DNA of 64,000 nucleotides from the NCBI GenBank assembly GCA_964016885.1, contig OZ024759.1:11904001-11968000 (forward strand), in the 5' to 3' direction. The stretch is from Eledone cirrhosa (taxonomy: Eukaryota). Position numbers and translations under genes: made by a program. The number at the start of each line of letters is the position of its first letter. Within the stretch, counting starts at the first letter, position 1. Under the pieces are notes generated by a model, which saw only the letters and a program-made list of their open reading frames with translations, did no database searches and was not told the DNA's origin. Below are positions 27,577 to 41,725 of this stretch, piece by piece.

Positions 27577-27969
27577 TTATATATAATTAAGAGACGAAGC
27601 TTGTCAAACAGAATGGAGACAGTTATTTCCTCACTCAACAACACATTAAGTTTGTATTATTAAAATTCAAATACAACTGCTCAGAGTGCACACTTATGTT
27701 AATTAGTGAGGAAGACAACTTTGTGTGGGTAAAGTATATGAGCGAGATACGGTCAAACGACCCAACTTGCCTCTAAATGGGACAAACCCGTCTAACCCAT
27801 GCTAGCATGGAAGATAGACGTTAATCGATGATGATGACGATATATATATATATATATATATATAAATATTTTGTTTCTGAATTTGCAACAGGACCCTCCC
27901 AAAGTATAACAATATATATATATATATATATATATATTTATTATTATGTAATAAACAACATAAGGCAAT

Positions 27970-28030
27970 TATTCCATTTACCAGTGGTTTCTTAAAAGCA
28001 AAAGGTTTTGCTTTCAATCCTCAGAATGAA
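27970..28030 (-). ncRNA. minimal type I hammerhead ribozyme motif (family A)
   Basis: Minus strand reads ttcatt-CTGAGGA-ttgaaagcaaaa cc ttttgcttttaa-GAA-ACCA C TGGT-A-aatggaa. Confidence 0.7.
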
Positions 28031-28245
28031 AAAATCCTGGTTTGTTTATTGAATTTGGATCTTAAAAACAAAAAAGCAAGCTATATATATATACACCAAA
28101 GTTTTGGTACCCTTGAAATATATATAATAGAATAAATATAGTTTCCATTTATTAATATTATTGATATATATATATAAATAATATTAATAAATGGAAACTA
28201 TATTTATTCTATTATATATATTTCAAGGGTACCAAAACTTTGGTG

Positions 28246-28283
<38 letters not shown>

Positions 28284-28566
28284 TATATCGTCATATAGTA
28301 ATAATAATAAATTTGAAGACTAAAATCCAAAGAAGGCTCGATAAGGATAAATATATATCAAATATATATATATACCAAAGTTTTGGTACCCTTGAAATAT
28401 ATATAATAGAATAAATATAGTTTGTAATGGGTAATTGCTGGCCTTGTGCCTAAAGTAGAAAGAATTATTGATAAGCAGCAGCTGATGAGCCTGATGACTT
28501 GAGACAGACTTTAACCTTTTGTTTTAACATCTATCTATTCCTTACACTATGTTTTGTATATTTTAG

Positions 28567-28644
28567 GCTTGTATTTTAATGAATAATATCCAACAATTGA
28601 GAGTTCAACTAGAAAAAGTCTTCGAGTCAATGGGAGGCGAGAAG
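28567..28644 (+). CDS. unc-13: unc-13 exon: [26 protein letters not shown]
   Basis: ttttag acceptor and gtaaat donor, 78 nt. Munc13 motif [16 protein letters not shown]. Confidence 0.95.
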
Positions 28645-28751
28645 GTAAATATCAAATTTAAGAAAATTTGCATTCATTTTTAATTAACCGTTTCATTATT
28701 ATATTTCTAATAAATGTCACAACCTACAATTTTCAAATTCTAAAAATAATC

Positions 28752-29716
28752 ATAGTAATGATATATCGTGGTAATATAACATGGTAATGATATATTGTAG
28801 TAATGATATACCATAGTAATGATATAATATAGTAATGATGATATAACATGGTAATGATATAACATGGTAATGATATAACATAGTAATGATATAATATAGT
28901 AATAATATAACATGGTAATGATATATCATAGTAAGGATATAACATGGTAATGATATAATATAGTAATGATATAACATAGTAATGATACAAGGTGGTAATG
29001 ATATAACATAGTAATGATACAAGGTGGTAATGATATAATATAGTAATGATATAACATGGTAATGATATAATATAGTAATGATACAAGGTGGTAATGATAT
29101 AATATAGTAATGATATAATATAGTAATGATACAAGGTGGTAATGATATAACATGGTAATGATATAACATGGTAATGATACAAGGTGGTAATGATATAATA
29201 TAGTAATGATATAACATGGTAATGATATAATATAGTAATGATATAACATAGTAATGATACAAGGTGGTAATGATATAACATAGTAATGATATAATATAGT
29301 AATGATATAACATGGTAATGATATAATATAGTAATGATACAAGGTGGTAATGATATAACATAGTAATGATATAATATAGTAATGATACAAGGTGGTAATG
29401 ATATAACATGGTAATGATATAATATAGTAATGATACAAGGTGGTAATGATATAACATAGTAATGATATAATATAGTAATGATACAAGGTGGTAATGATAT
29501 AACATGGTAATGATATAATATAGTAATGATATAACATGGTAATGATATAATATAGTAATGATATAACATGGTAATGATATAATATGGTAATGATACAAGG
29601 TGGTAATGATATAATATAGTAATGATATAACATGGTAATGATATAATATAGTAATGATATAACATGGTAATGATATAACATAGTAATGATACAAGGTGGT
29701 AATGATATAGTAATGA
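28752..29716. repeat. minisatellite, 16-bp unit with variant tails
   Basis: gtaatgat followed by ataacatg, ataatata, ataacata or acaaggtg. Confidence 0.95.
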
Positions 29717-29839
29717 CCTAAGATGGTCATGTGATATATCATGTCCTGCTCTGTATCTAAGATGGTCATGTGATGTACATGTGATATATTAAGCTGTCAA
29801 TGTTGCTCCATGGGTTTTTGTTTTTTACCTTTATTGCAG

Positions 29840-29928
29840 TTGGACACGGAAGCAGCTGATATTCTCAAAGAACTCCAACAAAAACTTAATGGAGTTCTTG
29901 ATGAGTTAGCACAAATATTTGCCAAGAG
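29840..29928 (+). CDS. unc-13: unc-13 exon: [29 protein letters not shown](S)
   Basis: ttgcag acceptor and gtaaca donor, phase 0 to 2. Confidence 0.93.
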
Positions 29929-30357
29929 GTAACATATACCTTCCTTAAACTTATTGTTATTATTGTGGAGAGTGTCAGACACGATGCTTTGCAGCACAGA
30001 GTTGTGTCCCTTCACGTCCTGAGTTCAAACCCCCGCCGAGGTTAAGGTTAACTTTGCCTTTCATCCTTACAGGGTTGATAAAATAAAGTACCAGTAATAC
30101 ACTGGGTTATTGCTGGCCTTGTGCCTAAAGTAGAAACAATTATTATTATTGTTAACTTTGCCTTTCATCCTTACAGGGTTGATAAAATTAAGTACCAGTA
30201 ATGCGCTGGGGGGAAATTGCTGGCCTTGTGCCAAAAGTAGAAACAATTGTTACTGTGGATTGTCCCTCTGTTGACCACTGGCCACTGGTCTCGGCCTTCT
30301 CAGGCATTTTTGCCCATTGCTGTCTTTGACAGCATTTGGCTGTTTTAATGGCTGTTC

Positions 30358-30690
30358 TAGCAATGAGGTTCCTCATTGCTATATGTCTTCCAATACACTC
30401 TTGCTTCGTCTCGGTCAGAGACATATAGCAATGAGGTTCCTCATTGTTATATGTCTTCCAATACACTCTTGCTTCGTCTCGGTCAGAGACATATAGCAAT
30501 GAGGTTCCTCATTGTTATATGTCTTCCAATACACTCTTGCTTCGTCTCAGTCAGAGACATATAACAATGAGGTTCCTCATTGCTATATGTCTTCCAATAC
30601 ACTCTTGCTTCATCTCAATCAGAGACATATAACAATGAGGTTCCTCATTGCTATATGTCTTCCAATACACTCTTGCTTCGTCTCAGAGAC
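30358..30690. repeat. tandem repeat, 68-bp unit, ~5 copies
   Basis: gcaatgaggttcctcattgctatatgtcttcc.. with an internal hairpin (gcaatgagg/cctcattgc). Confidence 0.9.
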
Positions 30691-31597
30691 AACTCTCTTT
30701 TATTACTTATTATTATTGTTGTTATTATTATTACTTACCAAGAGGTAACATATTATCTACCTTTTTTATACTTATTGTTATTATTGTTGTTAACTTTGCC
30801 TTTCATCCTTACGGGGTCGATAAAATAAGGTACCAGTAATACACTGGGTAATTGCTGGCCTTGTGCCTAAAGTAGAAACAATTATTATTATTGTTAACTT
30901 TGCCTTTCATCCTTACGGGGTCGATAAAATAAGGTACCAGTAATGTACTGGGTTATTGCTGGCCTTGTGCCTAAAGTAGAAACAATTATTATTATTGTTG
31001 TTAACTTTGCCTTTCATCCTTACGGGGTCGATAAAATAAGGTACCAGTAATACACTGGGTTATTGCTGGCCTTGTGCCTAAAGTAGAAACAATTATTATT
31101 ATTGTTGTTGTTATTATTGGGCGGTGGATTGGACGGTTGGACAATATGCTTTGCGGCATAAAGTTACATCCCTTTACATACTGAGGTGAAATCCCACCAA
31201 GGTTAGCCTTTCATTCTTCCGGGGTTGATAAAATAAAGAACCAGTCAATTACTGGAATCGATATATTTGACTTTGCCCCCACCCCCCCACCCACTCCACC
31301 CCCCACCCCCCGCCACAAATTTCTGGCCTTGTGCTAAAATTAGAAAACATTATTGTTATTTTTATTTATTTTATTTTTTGCATCTAGTATAAACAATATA
31401 AAATCTATATTTAACCCTTTAACATTGACATTACTCTATATTTACTCTCATATTTTCATGGTAAACACTTTATCTCACATAGCTATCTGTGAGATTTTGG
31501 TATTATTTATTTTGAGAACAATATCTTAACATAAGTATGAGTGGGCGGTTACAGTTGGTTTGAACAGAAAGAGGTGAGAGAATTCTGACCGGATATG

Positions 31598-34124
31598 GTT
31601 GGTTTAAATGCTAAAGGGTTAAAGTATTGTTGAAACCCGGGGCTGGATACAGTTGGTTTAAATGCTAAAGGGTTAAAGTACTGTTGAGACCCGGGGCTGG
31701 ATACAGTTGATTTAAATGCTAAAGGGTTAAAGTATTGTTGAAACCCGGGGCTGGATACAGTTGGTTTAAATGCTAAAGGGTTAAAGTACTGTTGAAACTC
31801 GGGGCTGGATACAGTTGGTTTAAATGCTAAAGGGTTAAAGTATTGTTGAAACCCGGGGCTGGATACAGTTGGTTTAAATGCTAAAGGGTTAAAGTACTGT
31901 TGAAACTCGGGGCTGGATACAGTTGGTTTAAATGCTAAAGGGTTAAAGTACTGTTGAAACTCGGGGCTGGATACAGTTGGTTTAAATGCTAAAGGGTTAA
32001 AGTATTGTTGAAACCCGGGGCTGGATACAGTTGGTTTAAATGCTAAAGGGTTAAAGTACTGTTGAAACTCGGGGCTGGATACAGTTGGTTTAAATGCTAA
32101 AGGGTTAAAGTACTGTTGAAACTCGGGGCTGGATACAGTTGGTTTAAATGCTAAAGGGTTAAAGTACTGTTGAAACTCGGGGCTGGATACAGTTGGTTTA
32201 AATGCTAAAGGGTTAAAGTATTGTTGAAACCCGGGGCTGGATACAGTTGGTTTAAATGCTAAAGGGTTAAAGTACTGTTGAAACTCGGGGCTGGATACAG
32301 TTGGTTTAAATGCTAAAGGGTTAAAGTATTGTTGAAACCCGGGGCTGGATACAGTTGGTTTAAATGCTAAAGGGTTAAAGTACTGTTGAAACTCGGGGCT
32401 GGATACAGTTGGTTTAAATGCTAAAGGGTTAAAGTACTGTTGAAACTCGGGGCTGGATACAGTTGGTTTAAATGCTAAAGGGTTAAAGTACTGTTGAAAC
32501 TCGGGGCTGGATACAGTTGGTTTAAATGCTAAAGGGTTAAAGTATTGTTGAAACCCGGGGCTGGATACAGTTGGTTTAAATGCTAAAGGGTTAAAGTACT
32601 GTTGAAACTCGGGGCTGGATACAGTTGGTTTAAATGCTAAAGGGTTAAAGTATTGTTGAAACCCGGGGCTGGATACAGTTGGTTTAAATGCTAAAGGGTT
32701 AAAGTACTGTTGAAACTCGGGGCTGGATACAGTTGGTTTAAATGCTAAAGGGTTAAAGTACTGTTGAAACTCGGGGCTGGATACAGTTGGTTTAAATGCT
32801 AAAGGGTTAAAGTATTGTTGAAACCCGGGGCTGGATACAGTTGGTTTAAATGCTAAAGGGTTAAAGTACTGTTGAAACTCGGGGCTGGATACAGTTGGTT
32901 TAAATGCTAAAGGGTTAAAGTATTGTTGAAACCCGGGGCTGGATACAGTTGGTTTAAATGCTAAAGGGTTAAAGTACTGTTGAAACTCGGGGCTGGATAC
33001 AGTTGGTTTAAATGCTAAAGGGTTAAAGTACTGTTGAAACTCGGGGCTGGATACAGTTGGTTTAAATGCTAAAGGGTTAAAGTACTGTTGAAACTCGGGG
33101 CTGGATACAGTTGGTTTAAATGCTAAAGGGTTAAAGTACTGTTGAAACTCGGGGCTGGATACAGTTGGTTTAAATGCTAAAGGGTTAAAGTATTGTTGAA
33201 ACCCGGGGCTGGATACAGTTGGTTTAAATGCTAAAGGGTTAAAGTACTGTTGAAACTCGGGGCTGGATACAGTTGGTTTAAATGCTAAAGGGTTAAAGTA
33301 TTGTTGAAACCCGGGGCTGGATACAGTTGGTTTAAATGCTAAAGGGTTAAAGTACTGTTGAAACTCGGGGCTGGATACAGTTGGTTTAAATGCTAAAGGG
33401 TTAAAGTACTGTTGAAACTCGGGGCTGGATACAGTTGGTTTAAATGCTAAAGGGTTAAAGTACTGTTGAAACTCGGGGCTGGATACAGTTGGTTTAAATG
33501 CTAAAGGGTTAAAGTACTGTTGAAACTCGGGGCTGGATACAGTTGGTTTAAATGCTAAAGGGTTAAAGTACTGTTGAAACCCGGGGCTGGATACAGTTGG
33601 TTTAAATGCTAAAGGGTTAAAGTACTGTTGAAACCCGGGGCTGGATACAGTTGGTTTAAATGCTAAAGGGTTAAAGTATTGTTGAAACCCGGGGCTGCAT
33701 ACAGTTGGTTTAAATGCTAAAGGGTTAAAGTATTGTTGAAACCCGGGGCTGGATACAGTTGGTTTAAATGCTAAAGGGTTAAAGTACTGTTGAAACCCGG
33801 GGCTGGATACAGTTGGTTTAAATGCTAAAGGGTTAAAGTATTGTTGAAACCCGGGGCTGGATACAGTTGGTTTAAATGCTAAAGGGTTAAAGTATTGTTG
33901 AAACCCGGGGCTGGATACAGTTGGTTTAAATGCTAAAGGGTTAAAGTATTGTTGAAACTCGGGGCTGGATACAGTTGGTTTAAATGCTAAAGGGTTAAAG
34001 TATTGTTGAAACCCGGGGCTGGATACAGTTGGTTTAAATGCTAAAGGGTTAAAGTACTGTTGAAACCCGGGGCTGGATACAGTTGGTTTAAATGCTAAAG
34101 GGTTAAAGTACTGTTGAAACCCGG
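31598..34124. repeat. minisatellite, 54-bp unit, ~46 copies, containing a MITE terminus
   Basis: ggggctggatacagttggtttaaatgctaaagggttaaagtaytgttgaaacyc. Confidence 0.97.
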
Positions 34125-34551
34125 TTCAGAAAGTTAATTCGTCCTCAAGGCTGTTCATCACCTGAAATATTCATAAATGAAAACTATTTTTCCCAAACGA
34201 AATATTGAGAAATATAGTGAGAGAGATTGTGTTTAAGAGACAGATAGCTATTGCCATAGTATCGCTTTCCCACTGATACTGCCAGCTTGTCATCGACCGT
34301 TGTCACCCTCTTATGTATTACTCAACCGTTACTGAACTAAGATGGTTTGTGTTTGGAAGATTTATGATGAGAGGTGTTCTTGAGCCGAGGTTTCACTGTA
34401 TTATAAAAATTGTATAAGACATTTTTTTTTAACTTAATTCTAAAGATGCTGTAATGATTTAACAAAGAATCATGTTTGTATTTTACTCAAGTATTTATTG
34501 TATCTCCACCAGTGGACAGAGAGTGAAATTCGCAGTAAACGCATTATTTAA

Positions 34552-34770
34552 CCCTTTAGCATTTACATTACTCTATATATACTATTGTATTTTCTCTGTA
34601 AAGGCTTTATCTTACATAATATCTCACATAACATTGAATCTATGAGATTTTGGTATTATTTATTTTGAGAACAATATCTTAACCTACTATGAGTGGCCAG
34701 TTACAGCCAGTTTGAACAGAAAGAGGTGAGGAAATTCTGGCTGGATATGGCCGGCTTAAATGCTAAAGGG
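34552..34770. mobile_element. piggyBac-like MITE (family P1); other copies at 31415-31618 and 45171-45904
   Basis: TTAA-ccctttagcattta ... taaatgctaaaggg-TTAA (14-bp TIR, TTAA TSD). Confidence 0.82.
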
Positions 34771-36186
34771 TTAATGTGATGCAGTCATAGGGTTGTTTTG
34801 TACTTTTCAAGAATATTTTGCTAATGTGGTTTGTTAATTCAAATGTTTATAATATCTTTACTGGTGGACAGATTGTTGTGAACATTTGGAATGTTAAAGT
34901 AAAGACTTTAATATTTAATGTGGTGTAATATTAATTTTCAAGAATGTCTTGCTAATGTCGTTTCGTGTGGTACAGGACACTAAATGTTAAAATATTCTTG
35001 CTGATAATATATTTATTATTATTATCGTTATTTTTTAAGAGGGGTGGCTTAACAGTATCGTTAGAGTGTCAGACACCATGCTTTGCAGCATAGAGTTACG
35101 GCCCTTTACGTTCTGAGTCCAAATCCCGCTGAGGTTAACTTTGCCTTTCATCCTTACAGGGTCGATAAAATAAAGTACCAGTAATGTACTGGGGTCGATT
35201 TCCCCTCCCCTTCAAATTGCTGGCAGTTGTGCCTATAGAAGAAATCATAATCATCATTATTATTATATTCTCCCCGGGCGGTGGATTGGCAGTATCCGTA
35301 GAGGGTCGGACGCCATGCTTTGCAGCATAGAGTTACGTCCCTTTGCGGACTGAGTTCAAATCCCGCCGAGGTTGACTTTGCCTTTCATCCTTACGGGGTC
35401 GATAAAATAAAGTACCAGTAATGTACTGGGTAATTGCTGGCCTTGTGCCTAAAGTAGAAACAATTATTATATTCTCCCTGGGTGCCCTAGAAGCGTCAGG
35501 TGGTTCAGGATTGGTGGGGTACCTCAGTCACCCCTGGGTCATCCACCCCCACCCCCCACCCCTATTGGGGAATTTATTTTGTTATGTTTATACATAGCTT
35601 ATCTTATATTTTTATTGTTAAATTGGTTTAGCCATTGTGCACTTTTAGTCGACCTTATTGTAAACCCCTACTGTGCCTGTCTTTGTATTGTCCCCTACTG
35701 TGCCTGTCTTTGTATTGTCCCCTACTGTGCCTGTCTCTGTATTGTCCCCTACAAGTCAGCCCTTGTGGCCAATAAATGAAAATTTCATTTGAAAAGGAAA
35801 ATCAGGGTAAAGAGGGAAGTGCTCTCTTCCCAGCTTTTTGTTGAAAGATGGTTGAGAGAGGCAAGAATGGCCCGAGTGAGTGGACCTACTCTGAGTATGT
35901 GCCTGTAGTGTCTGTAAATTAAAGGTGGAAAACTGGGAGAGGACAATTGCCCTGGTGGTCAGAGTCACCGTGGCTTTTTAATGGGCTTTCTCCACGATGG
36001 CCCTCGGAAGTCTCCCCCCTATTGGGGAATTTTTCATTGTTCTTTTTATTACATCCTCTGTTTTGGGGGGTTTTTTTACACGCAGAAATGCCCATTTGTA
36101 CCGTCCCGTACTGTCCTTAATGTATACTTTGTGTAAACCCTTGTGGTTAATAAAGAAAGGACTATTATAATTATTATTATTATTAT

Positions 36187-36670
36187 TCTTTGAGTCTCAG
36201 TCATTGATGTTAGTTAACTGGAAAGTTTGTTGAAATGAATATCAAGCCACTACCTGCAGCCTCAGATATTCAGGACGTATCGGAGGGTTCTTGCTGTTCC
36301 CAGCAAGCATGCCTTTTGAAGTGTTCCAAAAAGTGGGGCGGGGCCAATTTTCTTTAACCATCCCTGGAAACTCTTTGAGATAGTACCTAGTGCGCCTATG
36401 ACAATCGGGACCACTTTGACTTCATGGCAGTTCCAAATCCTTTTTACCTCCCACTTTAAGTCCTGGTATTGGTTAATTTTCTCCCTCTCCTTTTCTTGCA
36501 CTCTCGTGTCGAATGGGCAGGCCACATCCACAATCAGGCACAATCTTTTTTCCTTGTCCAAAACCACCATGTCAGGTCTATTGTGTTCCAGTTTCTTGTC
36601 CGTCTGTATCCTAAAATCCCACAGCACCTTCACCTGATCGTTTTCTATCACCGACTCTGGCTTATGCTCA
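36187..36670 (-). mobile_element. 5'-truncated R4/Dong-clade non-LTR retrotransposon
   Basis: ORF 36262-36651 has LWDFRIQTD..NRPDMVV..DVACP..EKINQYQDL. Flanked by (TAT)n. Confidence 0.85.
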
Positions 36671-36684
36671 TATTATTATTATTA

Positions 36685-36718
<34 letters not shown>

Positions 36719-36737
36719 CTTTGTTTTTCTTGTCCAG

Positions 36738-36899
36738 TTTACAACCACAAATCCAACAAAGTATTCAGGAATTAGGAAAGTTGCTGTCAAATGTAAAAGG
36801 AACTGGCCAAGTCTCTCTAGCACAACCAAGTCAACGGAGTAATATTCAAGGAGAATCAGACATGATACTTAGACCTCTCATGGACCTACTTGATGGGAG
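36738..36899 (+). CDS. unc-13: unc-13 exon: LQPQIQQSIQELGKLLSNVKGTGQVSLAQPSQRSNIQGESDMILRPLMDLLDG(S)
   Basis: gtccag acceptor and gtattg donor, 162 nt, phase 2-2. Start of MHD2 (LRPLMDLLDG). Confidence 0.93.
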
Positions 36900-36982
36900 G
36901 TATTGTACCTTCTTTCACTATCTTACATCTCTGTCTTTTTTTAATATTATATAGTTTTATTTACGACATTTTATATACATGT

Positions 36983-37328
36983 ATCATCATCATCATTCAT
37001 TTCATTTTACGTCCACTTTTCCCTGCTTGCAAGGGTGGGACGGGAACTGATTCTGGCTTGATTTCTACAGCTGGATGCCCTTCCTAACACCAACCTCATT
37101 TACAGTGAGTGCTGGGTGCTTTTTTGCCGTGGCACCTCCACGACCACTTTGCAGTGGAATGATAGGGACCCCAGTCCCTATCATCTCATTTCTACAGCTG
37201 AGTAAACTGGAGCAATGTGAAATAAAGTGTCTTGCTCAAGGAAACAACACATCACCTGGTCTGAGATTTGAACTCACAACCTTTCGATTGCAAGACCAAT
37301 GCTCTAACCACTAAGCCATGTGCCTCCA
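36983..37328 (-). mobile_element. SINE family S2, full length, short-tail variant
   Basis: Near-identical to 5185-5538. Confidence 0.85.
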
Positions 37329-37765
37329 GATGTATGTATATATATATATATATCTGTGTATCGTGTATGCGTGTATATATATATATATGTGTGTGAGTAT
37401 ATATATGTATATAATAACATTAATAAAGATGCTGATGTTACATAAATCATTTATTCATTATAATTATTTCAACGGTTCTCCCATGCAATCCAAGATGTAA
37501 TTCATGCATTTGTTGTTGTTATGAGAACGGTATCCTCAGATGAAATTCAATTTTGTGATATGCCGCCAGTAGGAAATATATGTGTGTGTGTCTGTGTGTA
37601 TTATTATTATTATTATTTATTACCATAACAGAAGTCCGACGAGCGTTTGATTCCAGAGTCAGGCCAGATTGATAGAGATCGAACCTTTAGCTGATCAATA
37701 GCAAAACATGCTTCAATAAACGTAATGAAGATCTAGCACTTCGTCCTTTTTATTTTATATTTATG

Positions 37766-37796
<31 letters not shown>

Positions 37797-37799
37797 ATA

Positions 37800-37830
<31 letters not shown>

Positions 37831-37861
37831 GTGTGTATATATATATGTGTGTGTATATATA

Positions 37862-37892
<31 letters not shown>

Positions 37893-37895
37893 GTG

Positions 37896-37928
<33 letters not shown>

Positions 37929-37937
37929 ATATATATA

Positions 37938-37971
<34 letters not shown>

Positions 37972-38176
37972 ATCATTCATCATTTCATTTTACGTCCACT
38001 TTTTCCTGCTTGCAAGGGTGGGACAGGAACTGATTCTGGCTTGATTTCTACAGCTGGATGCCCTTCCTAACACCAATGAGGGACAGAGACCGCTGGAGAG
38101 AACTCGTCCATGGATCTCAGGAATTTTACCCGCCCTAGATAGATAGATATGTATATATATACATATCTATATATAC

Positions 38177-38250
<74 letters not shown>

Positions 38251-38777
38251 AAGGATAATTGTGATGGTCCGATGTAGATTTTCATAATTCCTTTATTCAT
38301 AAAGCTGTGATACATATTTCCATTGCATTTGTGTCTACGTGATGCTTCGATCATGTAACTAGTAACATGATATCATCAGATAGCATCTTATGCAATAAGG
38401 TTATGTAGCCAAAGACCTCCGGCAGTCGACTGATGAGAAGGGATTGTTTATTTTTCTGTTGTCTTTGTCCACCATTTTTTATTCATTGTATGATCTTAGC
38501 CATGCAAAGCACTTTTTCAAATATATATATATACACATATGTGGATGTGTGTACGTGTGTGAAGGCATGTGGCTTAGTGGTTAGTGTGTTCAACACACAA
38601 TCATAAGCTTGTTCAATTCCCCACAGCCCTACTCGTCAGACAGGTTTCTGACTTTGCCCCTCGTCGTGGATAATTTTCTCTCACCTTCTACTGACATCCT
38701 TCTTTCAATGTTTTAAATAACTTTCTTTCAAACAACATTTTTTTAACCCCTTGTCATATTTGTTCTTCCTTTCCTAG

Positions 38778-38832
38778 TTTATCAATGTTCTCCCAAGCTT
38801 GTGAGAAGACCGTCTTAAAACGTTTATTGAAG
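38778..38832 (+). CDS. unc-13: unc-13 exon: LSMFSQACEKTVLKRLLK
   Basis: tcctag acceptor and gtaaga donor, phase 2 to 0. Munc13 motif CEKTVLKRxLK. Confidence 0.94.
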
Positions 38833-38979
38833 GTAAGAGTTGAATTTCTCTCCATTTTGGGCTTTAAATGTAAACTGTTTTGTTTCATCTTTGTTGTGTT
38901 TGACGACAAGTTGAGAGACTCTTTTGAATCTCAGACCAAATATTGAAATATTTGGTCTGACACTCTGTAATCCAAGTTC

Positions 38980-40218
38980 CTGCCACGGTCAATGACGTAC
39001 TGCTACGGTCAATGACGTACTGTCACAGTCAATGACATAGTGCCACGGCCAATGACATAGTGCCACGGCCAATGACATACTGCCACGGTCAATGACGTAC
39101 TGCCACAGTCAATGACGTACTGTCACGGCCAATGACGTACTGCCACGGTCAATGACGTACTGCCACGGCCAATGACGTACTGCCACGGTCAATGACATAC
39201 TGTCACAGTCAATGACATAGTGCCACGGCCAATGACATACTGCCACGGTCAATGACGTGCTGCCACGGTCAGTGACATACTGCCACGGTCAATGACGTAC
39301 TGCCACGGTCAATGACGTACTGCCACGGTCAATGACGTACTGCCACGGCCAATGACATACTGCCACGGTCAATGACGTACTGCCACGGCCAATGGCGTAC
39401 TGCCACGGTCAGTGACGTACTGCCACGGTCAATGACGTACTGCTACGGTCAGTGACATACTGCCACGGTCAATGACGTACTGCTACGGTCAGTGACATAC
39501 TGCCACGGTCAATGACGTACTGCCACGGTCAATGACATACTGCCACGGTCAATGACGTACTGCCACGGCCAATGACGTACTGCCACGGTCAGTGACATAG
39601 TGCCACGGCCAATGACGTACTGCCACGGTCAGTGACGTACTACCACGGTCAATGACGTACTGCCACGGTCAATGACGTACTGCCACGGCCAATGACATAC
39701 TGCTAGGGTCAATGACGTACTGCCACGGCCAATGACATACTGCCACGGCCAATGACATACTGCCACGGCCAATAACGTACTGCCACGGTCAGTGACATAG
39801 TGCCACGGCCAATGACGTACTGCCACGGTCAGTGACGTACTACCACGGTCAATGACGTACTGCCACGGTCAATGACGTACTGCCACGGCCAATGACATAC
39901 TGCCACGGCCAATAACGTACTGCCACGGCCAATGAGGTACTGCCACGGTCAATGACGTACTGCCACGGTTAATGACATAGTGCCACGGCCAATGACATAC
40001 TGCCACGGTCAATGACGTACTGCTACGGTCAGTGACGTACTGCCACAGTCAATGACGTACTGCCACGGTCAGTGACATACTGCCACGGTCAATGACGTAC
40101 TGCCACGGTCAGTGACATACTGCCACGGCCAATGACATACTGCCACGGTCAGTGACATACTGCCACAGCCAATGACATACTGCCACGGTCAATGACATAC
40201 TGCCACGGTCAATGACAT
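38980..40218. repeat. CpG-rich minisatellite, 20-bp unit, ~62 copies
   Basis: tgccacggtcaatgacgtac. Confidence 0.97.
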
Positions 40219-40916
40219 CTAATACGTTTATTATCCCTCTCACCTGCCAAATACGATGAGAATTAGATGGCGACAGAGAGTCACAGGAATCTGTGACAGC
40301 AATGTGATCTATTCATTGGTTATTGATCACTGTGCTCCAAATTTAAATCACTATAATGTCAGGAGTTTGATTCCTGGGCTGGGTTGTGTGTTGTGTTCTT
40401 GAGCAAAACACTTCATTTCACGTTGCTCCAGTATACTCAGCTGAGAATGAATACCAGCAATAGCTGTGGGTTTGACCCTGTGATGAACTGGCGTCGTGTC
40501 TGAGTGAGGGGAGTCTTGTATTCTCGATCACTTCATGCCATAGAAACTGAGATAAGCACTGGCTTGATGATCCTCTGGGCTTGGGACAGACTTTAACCGT
40601 GCAAAGGACTGGTGTCCCGGCCAGGGGGAAATTTGTACTCTCAGTCACTTCAACCACAGAAACCAGAATAAGCCCTGGCCTGATAAACCTCCGGGCTCCA
40701 GACAGGCTTTAGACTTAGACTAACATAGAAAAGGGTTCATCATAGGAGTGTATATGCAGATGTATGTTTATACATGAGAGTCTTGCTATGAATTATTCTT
40801 TGAACAATGGTTTTTGTTATGTCTACACTTTGAACACTGAACCAAGTGTCTATATATATAATATATATATATATATTATATATATACATATATGTATACA
40901 CATTATATATCTATAT

Positions 40917-41725
40917 ATCTAAATGGCCATGTTCGATATGCAGAAAAGGAACTGGCATAAATTCTAAAAAATGCACACAATGCAGGTCCTGGGTACACAA
41001 GAGATGTAGCGGGATAGCAGGCAAACTAACAGGTAGGGAGAAATATGTATGCAGTAGATGTACAGGGAAATTAGACAGTAGAAGTCGCATTGATAGACAA
41101 TTTTTCAAATGCGAGAGGGCGCTATAGAAGTGGTGGATAGCTTCCGGTACCTAGGAGATCAGATTAGCATGGGAGGAGGGTGTTCCGAGGCCATAGTATC
41201 TAGAATAAGGATAGGTTGGAAGAAGTTTAGGGAGCTGCTTCCTCTGTTGACGAAGAAGGGTTTCTCCCTGCGTACGAAAGGCCGGTTGTATGATGCCTGT
41301 GTGAGGAGCGCGATGCTGCATGGTAGTGAGACATGGGCAGCAACCGCAGAAGATATGCGACGGCTGGAGAGAAATGTGCGTGAACGACCCAGCATAAATG
41401 TGTTGAGAGAGAAACTGTGTCTGAGAGGGATAGAATGTAGTGTACGGGAGAGGAGACTGAGGTGGTATGGACATGTGATGCGCATGGAGGATGACCGATG
41501 GGTGAAGAAGTGCCAGGAAATGCCAGTTGAAGGAAGACGTGGTAGAGGTAGACCACGAAAAACATGGGCGGAGGTGGTGAGAACAGACCTCAGATCATTG
41601 AAGCTCACGGTGGAGATGACGAGGGACCGTGACGAGTGGAGAGATGCTGTGCTGAATAAGACCCGTCCCACCTTTGCAAGCAGAGAAAAGCGGACGTAAA
41701 ATGATGATGATGATGATGATGATGA
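40917..41725 (+). mobile_element. 5'-truncated RTE-clade LINE with a PHD-like Cys cluster in the RT and a (TGA)n tail
   Basis: KWPCSICRKG..CTQCRSWVHKRCSG..CSRC then EVVDSFRYLG..LHGSETW..RLRWYGHV..GRGRPRKTW. Tail cggacgtaaaa(tga)n. Confidence 0.88.
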
